Origin: Dendrobates tinctorius
Lineage: Eukaryota
Direction of reading: 5' to 3'
Assembly: GCF_039654945.1 (NCBI RefSeq)
Contig: NW_027361797.1
Coordinates: 1,116,001 to 1,180,000 of the forward strand
DNA length: 64,000 bases
Of the stretch, positions 36,745 to 51,800 are shown piece after piece. Numbering within the stretch: the stretch's first letter is position 1; the number at the start of each line of letters is the position of its first letter. Both the position numbers and the translations under genes were made by a program. Under the pieces are notes generated by a model. It was not told the origin of the DNA and made no database searches. It was given only the letters and a program-made list of their open reading frames with translations.

Positions 36745-39129
36745 CACGTCACCTGTGAGAGATAGAATCTAAAAATAAAAACCAGAAAATAAGTGTATGA
36801 TTTTTACAAAATTAATTTACATTTTATTGCATTAAATAAGTATTTGATACAATCAAAAAACAGAACTCAATATTTGGTACAGAAAACTTTGCAATTACAG
36901 GGGTTAGACGTTTCATGTAGTTTTTGACCAAATTTACAAACACCGCAGCAGGGATTTTGGCCCACTCCTCCAGATCTTTCAGTTTTTTGGGCTGTCACTG
37001 AGCAACATTGAGTTTCAGCTTCCTCCAAAGATTTTCAATTGGGTTCAACTCTGAGGATTGGCTAAGCCACCGCCGGACCTTAAAATGCTTCTTACGGAGT
37101 CCCTCCCTAGTTGCCCTGGGTGTGTTTCGGATTGTTGTCATACTGAAAGATCCAGCCACGACCCATCTTCAGTGCTTACTGAGAAAAGGTGGTTGTTGGC
37201 TAAAAGTTTGCAATACATGACCCTGTCTATCCTCCCTTCAATAGTGTCCTGTTCCCTCAGCAGAAAAGCACCCCCAAAATGTTTTCCCCACCAAGCTTCA
37301 TGGTTGAGACTGTGTTTTTTGGGTTGTACTCATCCTTCTTCCTCTAAGCAGACCAAACAGTTCTATTTTGGTCTCATCTGACCACATGACCTTCTCCCAT
37401 GCCTCCTCTGAATCATCCAAATCGTCATTGGTGAACTTTAATAGGGTCTGAACATATGTAGGTGGCATGAGCAGGGGGACCTTGCGTGACTTGCAGAATT
37501 TTAATCCATGACACCGTTGTGTGTTACTAACGGTAAAGTTTGAGCCTGTGGTCCCAGCTCTCTTCAGGTCACTGACCAGGTCCTCCCATGTAGTTCTGGG
37601 CTAATTCTTGACCTTTCTGAGAATCATCCTTACTCCAAGAGGCGAGATCTTGCATGGAGCCCTAGACCTAGGAAGACTGACAGTCATCTTGTGTTTCTTC
37701 CATTTTCTTTTTTTTTTTTTTCCAACAACAGATTTTTATTAAAGAATTATTCAAATAACCAACAGGTACATTGTAGTGATCAAACAGAAAACGAACATTT
37801 AATTGGGTGGAGTACAAGGGGAGAGGCCAACGTAAGTGACAGGAAGGAGCAGATGGTAAAGGAGGGGAAAAAAGAAGAGAGGGGGAGTTAGTAGAGTCTA
37901 AATATAATATAAAGAATTAGGACGAATCTGGGGAGTCAGGAGAATGTAAACGAAGTGATGGTGTGGCAAAGGGAGGGTGGTTGGCATACTCTGCCCAGGG
38001 AAGCCAAATGTACTCAAATTTACAGACTTTATCCATAAGTATGGCAGATAATTTTTCATTGGTCATATACCAAGAAAGGTGTCTCGACTTCTGATAAATC
38101 TTGACCTGATTTCTTCCAGTTTGATTGGCTGCTAGCAATATAAATGAGAAGAGAATTTGGGTGTGTTTATGGATGATAGGGATACGATCGTTAAGTAAGG
38201 CTTCCCAAGGGTTTTTTTAAGGTTAGTGTTCGTGACAGAGAATAAGGTGACATACCCTAGTCCAAAATCCTCACACCACTGAGAACATCCACGTCAGAAT
38301 CACAACCTCTAAGACATTTAGGAGAACAGTCGGGAACTGCCTTGGCAAGTCTAGCTTGGGTTAAGTACCATTTAATTAACACCTTATAGTTTGTCTCTAG
38401 CATTAAGGTATTTAGAATTCGCTGGTTGAAGAGGACCAAATCTGAGGCCATTCTGAAACAGTAAGGGCAGAGCTGAGATCAGACTCCCAGAGAGAGTTAA
38501 ATTACACCTGTGTGATGTGTAGTGCTATGTGAGTAGAGGTGTGAGATGGTACCTGGGGTGTGTGGACTCAGGTGACACCTTTTTTCTAAAGGAATGAACG
38601 TGTAAAGCGGGATGGAGTTTCTCAGAAGTGTGGTAATAAAGTTCTTCCAATTGTAAATAGCAGAATATTTCTCTAGCAGGGAGTGTGTACTTTTCTTGTA
38701 GGGCTGGGAATGGAATAATACCATCAATATTAAATAGATGGTGGACTCTCGTAATGCCTGCAGGGACCCAAAGCCAGAAGCTCCAGAGAGACAATGTTTC
38801 TTCCATTTTCTAATAATTGTGTCAACAGTTGTTACCTTATCAACAATTTTGTCCCTGGTGTGCAGAGTAGTAGGGCTTCTCAAAAAAAAACTAATAGGTC
38901 TGTGAGAGCCAGAATTCTTGCTGGTTGGTAGGTGATCAAATGCTAATTTCATGCAATAAAATGCAATTTATTTACTTAAAAATCATACAATGTGATTTTT
39001 TTTTTTTCTTTTTAGATTCTGTCTCTCACAGTTGAAGTGCACCTATTAAAAAATTACAGACCTTTTCCTTCTTCTAGGTGGGAAAACTTGCAAAATCGGC
39101 AGTGTATCAAACACTTATTTTCCTCACTG
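36745..39129 (-). mobile_element. Decayed Tc1-like transposon interrupted by an L1
   Basis: Terminus ...ACTTATTTTCCTCACTG|TA at 39129. Eroded transposase similar to the 2218-3240 family on the minus strand. The other end is truncated. Confidence 0.75.
37709..38794 (-). mobile_element. 5'-truncated L1-clade LINE
   Basis: Poly(A) tail (T run at about 37708-37721), 17-bp TSD TGTTTCTTCCATTTTCT (37692-37708 and 38795-38811), and ORF2 C-terminal ETNYKVLIKWYLTQARL...CLRGC. Confidence 0.88.
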
Positions 39130-39271
39130 TACAGCTCTGGCCAAAATTAAGAAACCACTGCACAGTTTTATAAAACTCAGCTTCTCTACATGTCTGACAG
39201 CCATTCCATTCCAGTGTCAGTTGAATTCCAACCAGAGTACACCTCACTCTACTTAATGTGCTTCTGATTAG

Positions 39272-42200
39272 TAGAGTTGAGCGATACCGTCCGATACTTC
39301 AAAGTATCGTATCGGATGGTATCGGCCGATCTTTAAAAAAAGTATCGGTATCGCCGATTCCGATACCGGAAGTCCCATTCAAGTCTATGGGACTTCCGGT
39401 ATCGGAATAAGAAAAACCCTTTCCTGCCCTTGTACAGCCTCTCTGGGGTCTGTACGGGCCTTTCGGGGGGCTGTGCCGGCCTGCCAGGGGGTCTGTGCAG
39501 GCTCTGGTGGTCTGTGCCGGCCTGCCGGTGGTCTGTGCAGGCTCCGGGGGGCTGTGCCGGCCTGCCGGGGGGCTGTGCCGGCCTGCCGGGGGGCTGTGCC
39601 GGCCTGCCGGGGGGCTGTGCCGGCCTGCCGGGGGGCTGTGCAGGCTCCGGGGGTCTGTGCAGGCATCGTCCGATGGGACTACAAGTCCCATCGGGCGATG
39701 CCTGCTACCATGACAGTGATTGACACATTAGCCAATGATGGGACAGTAGTAGTCCCATCATCCGGCTAATGTGTTAAATGTAAAAAAAAAAAAATAAAAA
39801 AAAAATTACATGCTACATACATACAACGTGCATACTACATACATGCTACATTCATACTACATACTAGCTACATTCATACTACATACTACATACATGCTAC
39901 ATACATACTACATATATACTACATGCATGCTACATACATACTGCATGCTACATACATACCACATACATACTACATACATACTACATGCATGCTACATTCA
40001 TACTACATACTACATACATGCTACATACATACTACATGCTACATACATACTACATATATACTACATGCATGCTACATACATACTACATGCTACATACATA
40101 CCACATACATACTACATATATACTACATGCATGCTACATACATACTACATGCTACATACATACTACATATATACTACATGCATGCTACATACATACTACA
40201 TGCTACATACATACCACATACATACTACATATATACTACATGCATGCTACATACATACTACATGCTACATACATACCACATACATACTACATATATACTA
40301 CATGCATGCTACATACATACTACATGCTACATACATACCACATATATACTACATACATACTACATATATACTGCATGCTACATACATACTACATATATAC
40401 TACATGCATGCTACATACATACTACATGCTACATACATACTACATACATACTACATACATACTACATATATACTACATGCTACATACATACTACATGCTA
40501 CATACATACTACATATATACTACATTCATGCTACATACATACTACATATATACTACATGCATGCTACATACATACTACATGCTACATGCATGCTACATAC
40601 ATACTACATATATACTACATGCATGCTACATACATACTACATGCTACATACATACTACATACATACTACATACATACTACATATATACTACATGCTACAT
40701 ACATACTACATGCTACATACATACTACATATATACTACATTCATGCTACATACATACTACATATATACTACATGCATGCTACATACATACTACATGCTAC
40801 ATACATACCACATACATACTACATATATACTACATGCATGCTACATACATACTACATGCTACATACATACCACATATATACTACATACATACTACATATA
40901 TACTGCATGCTACATACATACTACATATATACTACATGCATGCTACATACATACTACATGCTACATACATACTACATACATACTACATACATACTACATA
41001 CATACTACATACATACTACATATATACTACATGCTACATACATACTACATGCTACATACATACTACATATATACTACATTCATGCTACATACATACTACA
41101 TATATACTACATGCATGCTACATACATACTACATGCTACATGCATGCTACATACATACTACATACATACTACATTCTACATACATACCACATATATACTA
41201 CATACATACAATACATTCATACAATACATACATAGACATACAGTACATATAACATAGAGTAACATACTTACCAATACTTGTCACATTGTTCCCCGAAGCC
41301 ATTGTCGTCTACGGAATAAATATTAACATAACAAACCACAAAAATACTCACCCACGATCCGAAGCAGTCCACGAGTGTGTCCCACGACGATCTTGGGTAG
41401 AGAACTGCAGCATCAGATGATGCTGCCGTTCTCTACGGGCTGCAGGAATCCAATGACGGAAGGTAGGTATCCTTCCGCACTGTATTCCTCCGCCACTTAA
41501 AAAAAAAAAGTCCCTAGTCTCACTTTATGCCATTGCTGTGTGGGAATTTCCCACACAGCAATGGCATAAAGTGAGACTAGGGACTTTTTTTTTTTAAGTG
41601 GCGGAGGAATACAGTGCGGAAGGATACCTACCTTCCGTCATTGGATTCCTGCAGCCCGTAGAGAACGGCAGCATCATCTGATGCTGCAGTTCTCTACCCA
41701 AGATCGTCGTGGGACACACTCGTGGACTGCTTCGGATCGTGGGTGAGTATTTTTGTGGTTTGTTATGTTAATATTTATTCCGTAGACGACAATGGCTTCG
41801 GGGAACAATGTGACAAGTATTGGTAAGTATGTTACTCTATGTTATATGTACTGTATGTCTATGTATGTATTGTATGAATGTATTGTATGTATGTAGTATA
41901 TATGTGGTATGTATGTAGCATGTAGTATGTATGTAGCATGCATGTAGTATATATGTAGTATGTAGTATGTATGTGGTATGTATGTAGCATGTAGTATGTA
42001 TGTAGCATGTAGTATGTATGTAGCATGCATGTAGTATGTATGTAGCATGCAGTATATATGTAGTATGTATGTAGTATATATGTGGTATGTATGTAGCATG
42101 TAGTATGTATGTAGCATGCATGTAGTATATATGTAGTATGTATGTAGCATGTAGTATGTATGTGGTATGTATGTAGCATGTAGTATGTATGTAGCATGCA

Positions 42201-43135
42201 TGTAGTATATATGTAGTATGTATGTAGCATGCAGTATATATGTAGTATGTATGTAGTATATATGTGGTATGTATGTAGCATGTAGTATGTATGTAGCATG
42301 CATGTAGTATATATGTAGTATGTATGTGGTATGTATGTAGCATGTAGTATGTATGTAGCATGCATGTAGTATATATGTAGTATGTATGTAGTATGTATGT
42401 AGTATGTATGTAGCATGCAGTATGTATGTAGTATGTATGTAGTATGTATGTAGCATGCATGTAGTATGTATGTAGCATGTATGTAGTATGTATGTAGTAT
42501 ATATGTAGTATGTATGTAGCATGTAGTATGTATGTAGCATGCATGTAGTATGTATGTAGTATTTTTTTTTTTTTTTTTTAACATTTAACACATTAGCCGG
42601 ATGATGGGACTACTACTGTCCCATCATTGGCTAATGTGTCAATCACTGTCATGGTAGCAGGCATCGCCCGATGGGACTTGTAGTCCCATCGGACGATGCT
42701 TGCACAGACCCCCGGACATCAGCACAGCCCCCCGGCAGGCCGGTACAGACCCCCAAAGGGTGCACAGACCACCGGCAGGCCGGCACAGCCCCCCGGCAGG
42801 CCGGTACAGACCCCCACAGGGTGCACAGACCACCGGCAGGCCGGCACAGCCCCCCGGCAGGCCGGTACAGACCCCGGGCAGTCCACACAGCCCCCCGGCA
42901 GGCCGGCACAGCCCCCCGGCAGGCCGGCAGAGACCCCCGGAAGGCCCGAAATGACGGCGCATCATGATGCGCACACACCGCGCATCATGATGACGTCAGG
43001 CCGTCAATCAACTGAACTTCCGATTCCGATGCCGAATTCCGATATTGAAAAAATATCGGAAGTCGGTATCGGAATTCCGATACAGCAAGTATCGGCCGAT
43101 ACCCGATACTTGCGGTATCGGAATGCTCAACACTA
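39272..43135. mobile_element. Non-autonomous hAT-type foldback element
   Basis: 8-bp TSD CTGATTAG (39264-39271 and 43136-43143), TIR TAGAGTTGAGC / GCTCAACACTA, and an interior that is an inverted repeat centred on 41547. Confidence 0.88.
39807..41215. repeat. Compound TACA/TGC simple-sequence array (left arm of the foldback element)
   Basis: Low-complexity TACATAC/ATGC units; mirrored by a shorter complementary array at about 41880-42560. Confidence 0.9.
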
Positions 43136-44302
43136 CTGATTAGGTGATCACCTGATCCAAATCTTATTTAACCAAGGAAAGTATAAAAAAAAAAACATGC
43201 AGTATTGTTCACAATCCTCTTGCAATAGGACAAGCTGGATGGCAAAACAAGTGCTAGGAATATCCCAAAACTAATAGGAATGAAGAAAAAAAAAACATTT
43301 AACCATGTCAAAGGAGTTGAAAAGTCTTGAGTGAGGAAAAGAACGGCTTAATTCTGGCCTTACTAGCAGAGGGATACAGTGAGTGTCAGGCTGCCTCCAT
43401 CCTTAAAATTTCTAAGTCGGCAGTCCATTACAAACAAGGTCAAGCAGCAGACATTGGGGAAAACAAAGCTACAGACCGGCAGAGGGCGAAAATGACTCTC
43501 CACTGACCGGGATAACCGTCATCTTATTCGAATGTCACTCAGCTACCGCAGGATGACATAAAGTGACCTACAAAAGCAATGTCAAATGGCAGCTGGGGTG
43601 AAGTGCACGGCCATAACAGTTCATAACAGGCTCCCAGAGGCAGGGCTCAAGTCATGTAAAGCTAGAAAAAAGCCTTTCATCAATGAGAAGCAAAGGAGAG
43701 ACAGGCTGAAGTTTGCCAAAGACCATAAGGATTGGACCATAGAGGACTGAAGTAAGGTAATCTTCTCTGATGAGTCTAATTTTCAGCTTTGCCCAACACC
43801 TGGTCGTCTAATGGTTAGATGGAGAACTGGAGAAGCGTACAAGCCACAGTGTCTTGCACCCACTGTGAAATTTGGTGGAGGATCGGTGATGATCTAGGGA
43901 TGCTTCAGCAAGGCAGGAATTGGGCAGGTTAATCTTTGCGAAGGACGTATGAATCAAGCCGCATACAAGGTTATTTTGGAAAAACAGTTGATTCCTTCTG
44001 CTCAGGTAATGTTCCCCAACTCTGAGGACTGGATTATCCAGCAGGACAATGCGCCATGCCACACAGCTAGGTCAGTCAATGTGTGAAGGACCACCACATC
44101 AAATCCCTGTCACGGCCAGGCCAATCTCCAGACCTGAATCCCATTGAAAACCTCTGGAATGTAATCAAGAGGAAGATCAATAGTCACAAGCCATCAATCA
44201 AAGAACTGCTTACATTTTTGTACCAGGAGTGGCATAAGGTCACCCAAAAGCAGTGTGAAAAACTGGTGGAAAGAAGCCAAGACGCATTAAAGCTGTGATT
44301 AA

Positions 44303-45235
44303 GGCTGAGTTCACACGTGGCGTTTTTTTCGCGTTTCCGCGGCGGTTTTAACCGCGCGATTTTGCCGCGAAAAATAAGCATCCCATGCATTCCTATGGGA
44401 TTCCGCAATGCTGTGCTAATGCTGCGGTTTTTACCGCGGCGGAATCGCTTTGCGGTAAAAACCGCAGCATGCTCATTAATTTGTGGAATCGCGGCGATCC
44501 CGCACCCATAGGAATGCATTGTTCCGCTTACTTCCTGCATGTGGCTGTGCACACCATGCGGAAAGTAAGCAGAACAATTGCGGATGGTACCCACGGTCCG
44601 GAGGAGAGGAGACTGTCCTCAGGGCTTTGGGTGCCATATCCCTGTAAAAAAAAAAGAATTTAAAAATAAAAAATATTGTTATTCTCACCCTCCGACGTCC
44701 CGCACAGTCTTCCCGCTTCTTTTCACGCTCTCGTTCCCAGTAGTCCTTTGCGAAAATGCCCGCGATGACGTCCGTTCTCGCGGGATCGCGAAGTCTCGCG
44801 GTCATTCGCGCGATGTCATCGCGAATTACCGCGAGACATCGCGATCCCGCGAGAACGGACGTAATCGCGGGCATTTTCGCAAAGGATTACTGGGAACGGA
44901 TGCGCGGGATGTCGGAAGGTAAGAATAACACCATTTTTTTTTTTTTTTTACATTCTTTTACTACTGATGCTGCATAGGCGGCCTCAGTAGTAAAAAGTTG
45001 GTCACACTCGTCAAACATTATGTTTGACGAGTGTGACCAACCTGTCAATCACTTTCCAAGCGATGCTACAGATCACTTGGAAAACGCTAGCATTTTGCAA
45101 GCTAATTACGCTTGCAAAATGCTAGTTTTTCCGCGGGAAAATCGCAGGAATTTAAAATGCGATTTTCCCGCGGACTGGAATTCCGGAATTCTCGCTGTAA
45201 TTTCCGCGAGAGTTCCGGTACGTGTGCACTTAGCC
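44303..45235. mobile_element. PIF/Harbinger-type MITE with a CpG-rich palindromic core
   Basis: TIR GGCTGAGTTCACACGT / ACGTGTGCACTTAGCC flanked by TAA / TAT; internal inverted repeat at about 44660-44945. Confidence 0.75.
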
Positions 45236-48200
45236 TATCAATCATGGTTGTTCCACAAAATATTGATTTCTGAACTCTTCCTGAGGTAAAACATTAGTAT
45301 TGCTGCTTCTAAATGATTATGAACTTGTTTTCTTAGCATTATTTGAGGTCTGCAAGCACTGCATTTTTTTTGTTATTTTGACCATTTCTCATTTTCTGAA
45401 AATAAATACAAAATTTAGTGCTTGGAAATTATTCAAAGACATGTTGTCAGTAGTTTATAGAATAAAAGAGCAATTTACATTTTACTCAAAAATATACCTA
45501 TAATGAGAAAAATCATACTGAAAATTTTGCAGTTGTCTCTTAATTTTTGTCAGAGCTGCATATGACCCCCTTAGGCTATGTGCACACGTAGTTTGAGGTC
45601 CTACGGATTTTTCCACGCTGATTTGGAAAAATCCGCAGGTAAATTCTCAGGTCAAAAGACCTGCGGATTAGCCTGCGGTTTCACACCTCTACAATGGAGG
45701 TGTGAAACCACAGCGGAATCCGCACAAAGAATTGACATGCTGCGGATTTGAACCCGCAGCAAATCCACAGCGTTTTTCAGTTTACTGTACAACGCACCTA
45801 AATCTGCTGTGGACCCACAGAGTCTGAAACGCTGTGGATCCGCAGCAGAATCCGCACCGTGTGCACATTGCCACTCTACGGCTATCAGATTCCTGATGTA
45901 ATAATGGCAATGATCCAGATTATCCACAGGATTGACAAATTCTCTTTTTGCTGGTAAGTACTTGTAGAAATAGAATCTGCCACATGGATTCGAGCCACTC
46001 CAAAGTTCTTCTAAACAATTAAGTGGTGTCACTTTATTCTCAGCACTAAAATGACTGTGAATCAAGAACTCCTTCAAGTTTTGAGGCAACACGGATAGGA
46101 GAGTTTCAGCACCAGAACGCTAGTGTGGACGTGCTCAGCAAAACAGCGTTATGGAACTACGGAAAGGAAGAAAACGAGAGTGCATGTCAATAAATAAAAA
46201 AAAAAAGAGTAACTGTCCATGAAATAGAAGAGGCAGCTCTGACCATTTCTAGTGCAATCCTTTATTCATAATTGTAAACACATGGTGGTGGGAGTCGTGT
46301 GAAGACAAGATCGGAATAAGGCCATTTCGCACTGCGTGCGCTTCCTCTGGTACTTCAAGCTTTGCTATCTAAGGAAGGTCTCCTAACAATCAGGCAATCC
46401 CCACATGTGTTGTGGCTGTCCAACAGTCGCAAAACATGCAGCTGCAGGGATTTGAACATATTATCTCAGCTTGACAAGATATTCGGCTAACACATTATCC
46501 GAGCACATTTGCTCATCACTAATTATAACCTTAAAGGCTCAAACTAGTATAGAGCTGTGGAGGCTCCATGCCGGTTGGTTGGGGTGTGTGTGTGTTTGGA
46601 GTGACATACCTATCATTACTGCTTACATGAACCTGCACACGAGTCGCATCTTCCAAGTCCTCTACAAGGGTTCTCGTCTCTCCTGTCATCTTATGTGGAA
46701 GAATAAAGCCGCACCTCTCTTATGTACATCTACTGCAACATTGTTTTGGATTACTACACTTCATGTGAACTTAGCAGGTCCATACTTCTACTGTAGAATA
46801 TTTTATATGAAAGCAAAAATACACAGGCTTTTAGAATTTTTAGGATATTTCATAACTTTACATATTTATTCTGTGCTAAACTTTATCACTACATGTCAGC
46901 AGCAAGAACCGGAGAGTCAGGACATGTATGTGCTAACGTAGTAGGAATGACCATAGTCTATTGGGACGTTTATATTGCTGACCCCTATGGAGGAGACAGG
47001 CAGTCTAACTATTGTACAGAAACACTGAATGGAAGCATTCAGCCATTGACATTTTATGGAGACTCCAGTGGGTGTCACTATGACCACATAACCGATCATT
47101 AGCTGAAGTGTGACACCTTATGTTGCACAACTATAATGGTATGTTTCCACAGTCAGTAAATGCTGTGGGTTAGATGCTGCGTACATCTGCAGCGTCCAAC
47201 CCGAAACGGTCAGATGTTACAGCATAGCAGATGGTATTTCAAGAAATCCCATGTCCACTATGCGTGCACCGGTGGCTTCCCTGCGGAGACGGACATGCGG
47301 CACGTTTTTCCAGACAGCAGCATGTTTATTTATATTGCGGAGACCCTCCATCTCCGCAAGATAAATGTCACTTGTACAGTGTATTGGATGCAGCAATTCC
47401 GCACAGTTCAATGAACACATGCGGAATCACCTGCGTTAAAAAGCCGGCAGCGCTTTGGACAAAGCGGACATGTGCTGGATCCAAAGTGCTGCCCAATACT
47501 GAACGTGTGCACATACCCCAAGTCACCTTGAAAAGTAAAATCTTAAAACTTTTTTTTTTACTTTTTGTAATGACAACATACAAAAAAAAGGATTTAAATG
47601 TACATAAATATAAAAAATATTTAAAGGGATTGTTCATTCCTCATATACTGACTTACCCTGACTAATCAGCTGTTTGCAAGCCCTGCATACAAGTTGACAG
47701 TGAATGGTGCTAGGACATCACAGCTCCATACACTGTGTAGTAGCCGTTCCCCGCTACTGCAACTCAGCTCCCAAATACCTCAATAAAATCTGAGCTGCAG
47801 TAACTGAGAACATCCACTATACAGTGTGAGGCGCTGTGGTGTCCTTGCTCCGGTTTCAGGAGCTGCAAACAGCAGCTCAGTGGGATGCTGGGACACTTAG
47901 ACAAGCCCTTTCACGTTTTATTCTTCATTCATACCATTTTCCTTTTCTTTGTTTCAGGGGTTGTCCAGACTTATGATATTCATGAGCAAGCCTCAGGATA
48001 TGTCATAAATACCAGATAGTGAAGGTCTGGTACCTGGAACCCCCACTGATCAGCTGTCTCCACGTCTGGTCAGATGTAAGCAATGCATGAAGACAGAACA
48101 GCAAAACTGTGTAGTGGCCGTTCCCAGGTACTGTAGGTCAGCTCCTATTGAATTGAGTAATAGCTGAGCTTCAGCTCTAAGCAGCGGCCACTACAAAAGA

Positions 48201-48855
48201 GTGCAGGTGTACTGTTATGGCCTTTTACACTGTCTACATGCAGTCTCCGCCGGAGTGGAAAATAGCAGTTTGGGGTGGGTGCCAGGTGTCGGCCCCCACT
48301 GATGTATTTTGAGGACATATCCTCAGACAGGTAAATATCATAAGTCTTGTTCCCCTTTAAGAAAGAATAATATCCACTTTAAATGGAAGCCAATTGAGCT
48401 GTTCTCTTCTGTAAATCTGCCATGGCGCCTATAACGTGTGACACCAAGGCTTTCTACAAATGAAAAAGCAAGGCTGTTTCCAATCGCTATTTCTTTAAAT
48501 TTATCTGGGTGGCAATCCGCTGAATTTGAGTAAATATATCTGTAGTACCCCATGACAGATAGTCAAATGAACAGCCATTTATTTACTATATGGATGGGGC
48601 AGGTCTGCCACCAAGAGAACCACTGACATGGCTCCTCCGCTTTGGTTCCAAGAGGAGTACACACTAAGACCCTTCAGGATTCGGGTAAGAAAAAGACAGA
48701 TCACATGGCAGGAGGGGTTGGTTAAAGTTCAAAACGAGAACAGAAGTTATTTTTCACCATTTCACCAAGTTTAAATAAAGAAAATTAATAGAGAATTTGC
48801 CCCCAGACATTAAGATACATAAGCAATGTCCACTGACAACACAAAGGGTAAAGGA

Positions 48856-51800
48856 TCAATCCCTCCATCGGTGGCCACACTGTAGATTGCAACACTTGTA
48901 GAACGTAGTCATTGGCTCATCGGCTGATCTGGTCTGAATCTGCATGAAAAAAGCTCTTGGATGCTCGCACTTAGGGCACGGTTCTGGAAGAAGAACATAA
49001 AAATTACACAAAGGGAGACGCATCAATCCTAATGTAATGCAACTGGTGTTCTGTGCTATCACAGCTACAAGTGTGTCTCACCCAGCCTGGCTACATGACG
49101 TTTACACGGCTAATCCAGCCAGCCCAGCTACGCGGCATTTACACGGCTAATCCACCCAGCCTGGCTACATGGCATTCACACAACTAATCCAGCCAGCCCG
49201 GCTACATGGCATTCACACGGCTATTCCAGCCAGCCCGGCTACGCGGCTAATCCACCCAGCCTGGCTATATGGCATTCATACGGCTATTCCAGCCAGCCCT
49301 GCTACGCGGCTAATCCACCCAGCCTGGCTACATGGCATTCACACAACTAATCCAGCCAGCCCGGCAACATGGCATTCACACGGCTATTCCAGCCAGCCCG
49401 GCTACGCGGCTAATCCACCCAGCCTGGCTATATGGCATTCACACGGCTATTCCAGCCAGCCCGGCTACGCGGCTAATCCACCCAGCCTGGCTAGATGGCA
49501 TTCACACGGCTATTCCAGCCAGCCCGGCTACGCGGCTAATCCACCCAGCCTGGCTATATGGCATTCACACGGCTATTCCAGCCAGCCCGGCTACGCGGCT
49601 AATCCACCCAGCCTGGCTACATGGCATTCACACGGCTAATACACGATGCAGGAAAGCAGGTGATAAAGTCCTGCATGGGAGATATGTGTCAAGTGACTAG
49701 CCTCAGAAGCTTCCATATGGCACCTGAATCACAATTTTAGCGATAAGTTGCAATTCTTTAACATGGGAAACTGTATTTAGTCTTGTAAATTTTATAACTG
49801 CTCATGTATAAAAACAGCTGCAAAAACATCCACTTGTTTGGATGAAAGTCGGGACTATTTTTTTTTTTTTTTTTTTTTTATACGCCAAGCCTACACTTAG
49901 TACTGTGAGTAACTCTTACCTGCAGTCGAGTCCACGTTTTCCCATGCTGCAGAGCCTCCCAGCACATCATCCACCTCCTTCAGTTTGGGGTATTTTCGGC
50001 TAGTTACCTAAAGGGAAGATCGATCACAAATATGACTAGTGATATTATTATTTATGCAAAATTCCCAAGTGTAGACCACGAAAGATCATAAATCAATTAA
50101 AGAGATAGAGAGATAAAGGCAATGATGATGGGACAGAGTATTGCTAAAGGGGTTGACCACTATTAGGCAATAGAGGCAGGTCAGGCTACTTTCACACTTG
50201 CGTTATGAGGCGCAGCACACGGCCGCCGTGCAGCTCCGCCCCCTGCCGCACCCCCTCCGGTCAGCTCCTATGCGCGCATGACGCTGCATGCGACCTGCAT
50301 CCCCTATATTTAGCGTTGGGTCCGCAGGCCGTGCGCTGGTATGCTTTTGCCGGCGCATGAGCCCTTTTGGCGCTGTGCTGAGCGCTCCAAAATGCAACAC
50401 GGTGCGTTTGGCGCACGTCGGCGCATGCGCCGGCAAAAGCATACCAGCGCACGGCCTGCGTACCCAACGCTAAATATAGGGGACGCAGGTCGCATGCAGC
50501 ATCATGCGCCCATAGGAGCTGACCGGAGGGGGCGCGGCCGGGGGCGGAGTTGCACGGTGGCCGTGTGCTGCGCCTCATAACGCAAGTGTGAAAGTAGCTT
50601 CATTCAGACAATACTGACCTGTCAGAGAATGAAAAGAGGCCGGCGGTAGAAGACAGGCAAGACAGCAGTGCAGGCTGTGCTGCACTTTTAGCTCATTAAC
50701 ATAAAAGTTGAGCAAAGGATTTTAAGGAAAATCGTTTCTCTACAGCAGATGTATAAAAGTGATCTCCTTTACAGCGTCTTTGCTTAAATGCCATTCATTT
50801 GGGACAGAACAATCTGCTGACAGGTTCCCTAAATACTGTGTAACCCAATTCTCCTCTGTAGAAAGATGATAGTCAGTGGTGACATGCGGCCACCAAGTCT
50901 CCTGCCCACAGGTGTCACCAGAAGCGGCTCTCATGGTGACGGATTAGTAAGAGGCTGGTCCTGCAGCAGACGGTGACGCTGCACAGCTCCTGGCACCCCT
51001 GCCCCATCAGTTACACTGGCCCCACACAGAATTACTAGGGTGAGGCGGCCGTGCAGCCCCGAGATGCCACCAGTGACCCTGCCTTATATCACGTCTATGG
51101 CCGGCACAGACACATACTGGATAGCCGGGACTATACGGCGAGGGCGGCCATTGTGTATCTAATGTGTAAGGCTAATACTTGGGTGAGGCGGCCGTGCAGC
51201 CCCATGATGCCACCGGTGACCTTGCTTTATATCACGTCTATGGCTGGCACAGACACATACTGGATAGCTGGGACTATATGGCGAGGGCGGCCATTGTGTA
51301 TCTAATGTGTAAGGCTATTACTTGGGTGAGGCAGCCGTGCAGCCCCATGATGCCACTGGTGACCTTGCTTTATATCAAGTCTATGGCTGGCACAGACACA
51401 TACTGGATAGCTGGGACTATATGGCGAGGGCGGCCATTGTGTATCTAATGTGTAAGGCTATTACTTGGGTGAGGCAGCCGTGCAGCCCCACGATGCCACT
51501 GGTGACCTTGCTTTATATCACGTCTATGGCTGGCACAGACACATACTGGATAGCTGGGACTATATGGCGAGGGCGGCCATTGTGTATCTAATGTGTAAGG
51601 CTATTACTTGGGTGAGGCGGCCATGCAGCCCAAGGATGCCACCGGTGACCTTGCTTTATATCACGTCTATGGCTGGCACAGACACATACTGGATAGCTGG
51701 GACTATATGGCGAGGGCGGCCATTGTGTATCTAATGTGTAAGGCTATTACTTGGGTGAGGCGGCCGTGCAGCCCCATGATGCCACCGGTGACCTTGCTTT

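Larger units (their letters stand above)
39132..45558 (+). mobile_element. Decayed Tc1-like transposon expanded by two nested insertions
   Basis: TIRs CAGCTCTGGCCAAAATTAAGA / TCTTAATTTTTGTCAGAGCTG; transposase remnant at about 43305-44298 ([24 protein letters not shown]). Confidence 0.85.

Noticed and set aside
39810-42591. Long His/Tyr/Thr-rich ORFs (up to 480 aa)
   Set aside because: Open in all three frames because the TACA/TGC repeat has no stop codons on that strand; not protein-coding evidence.
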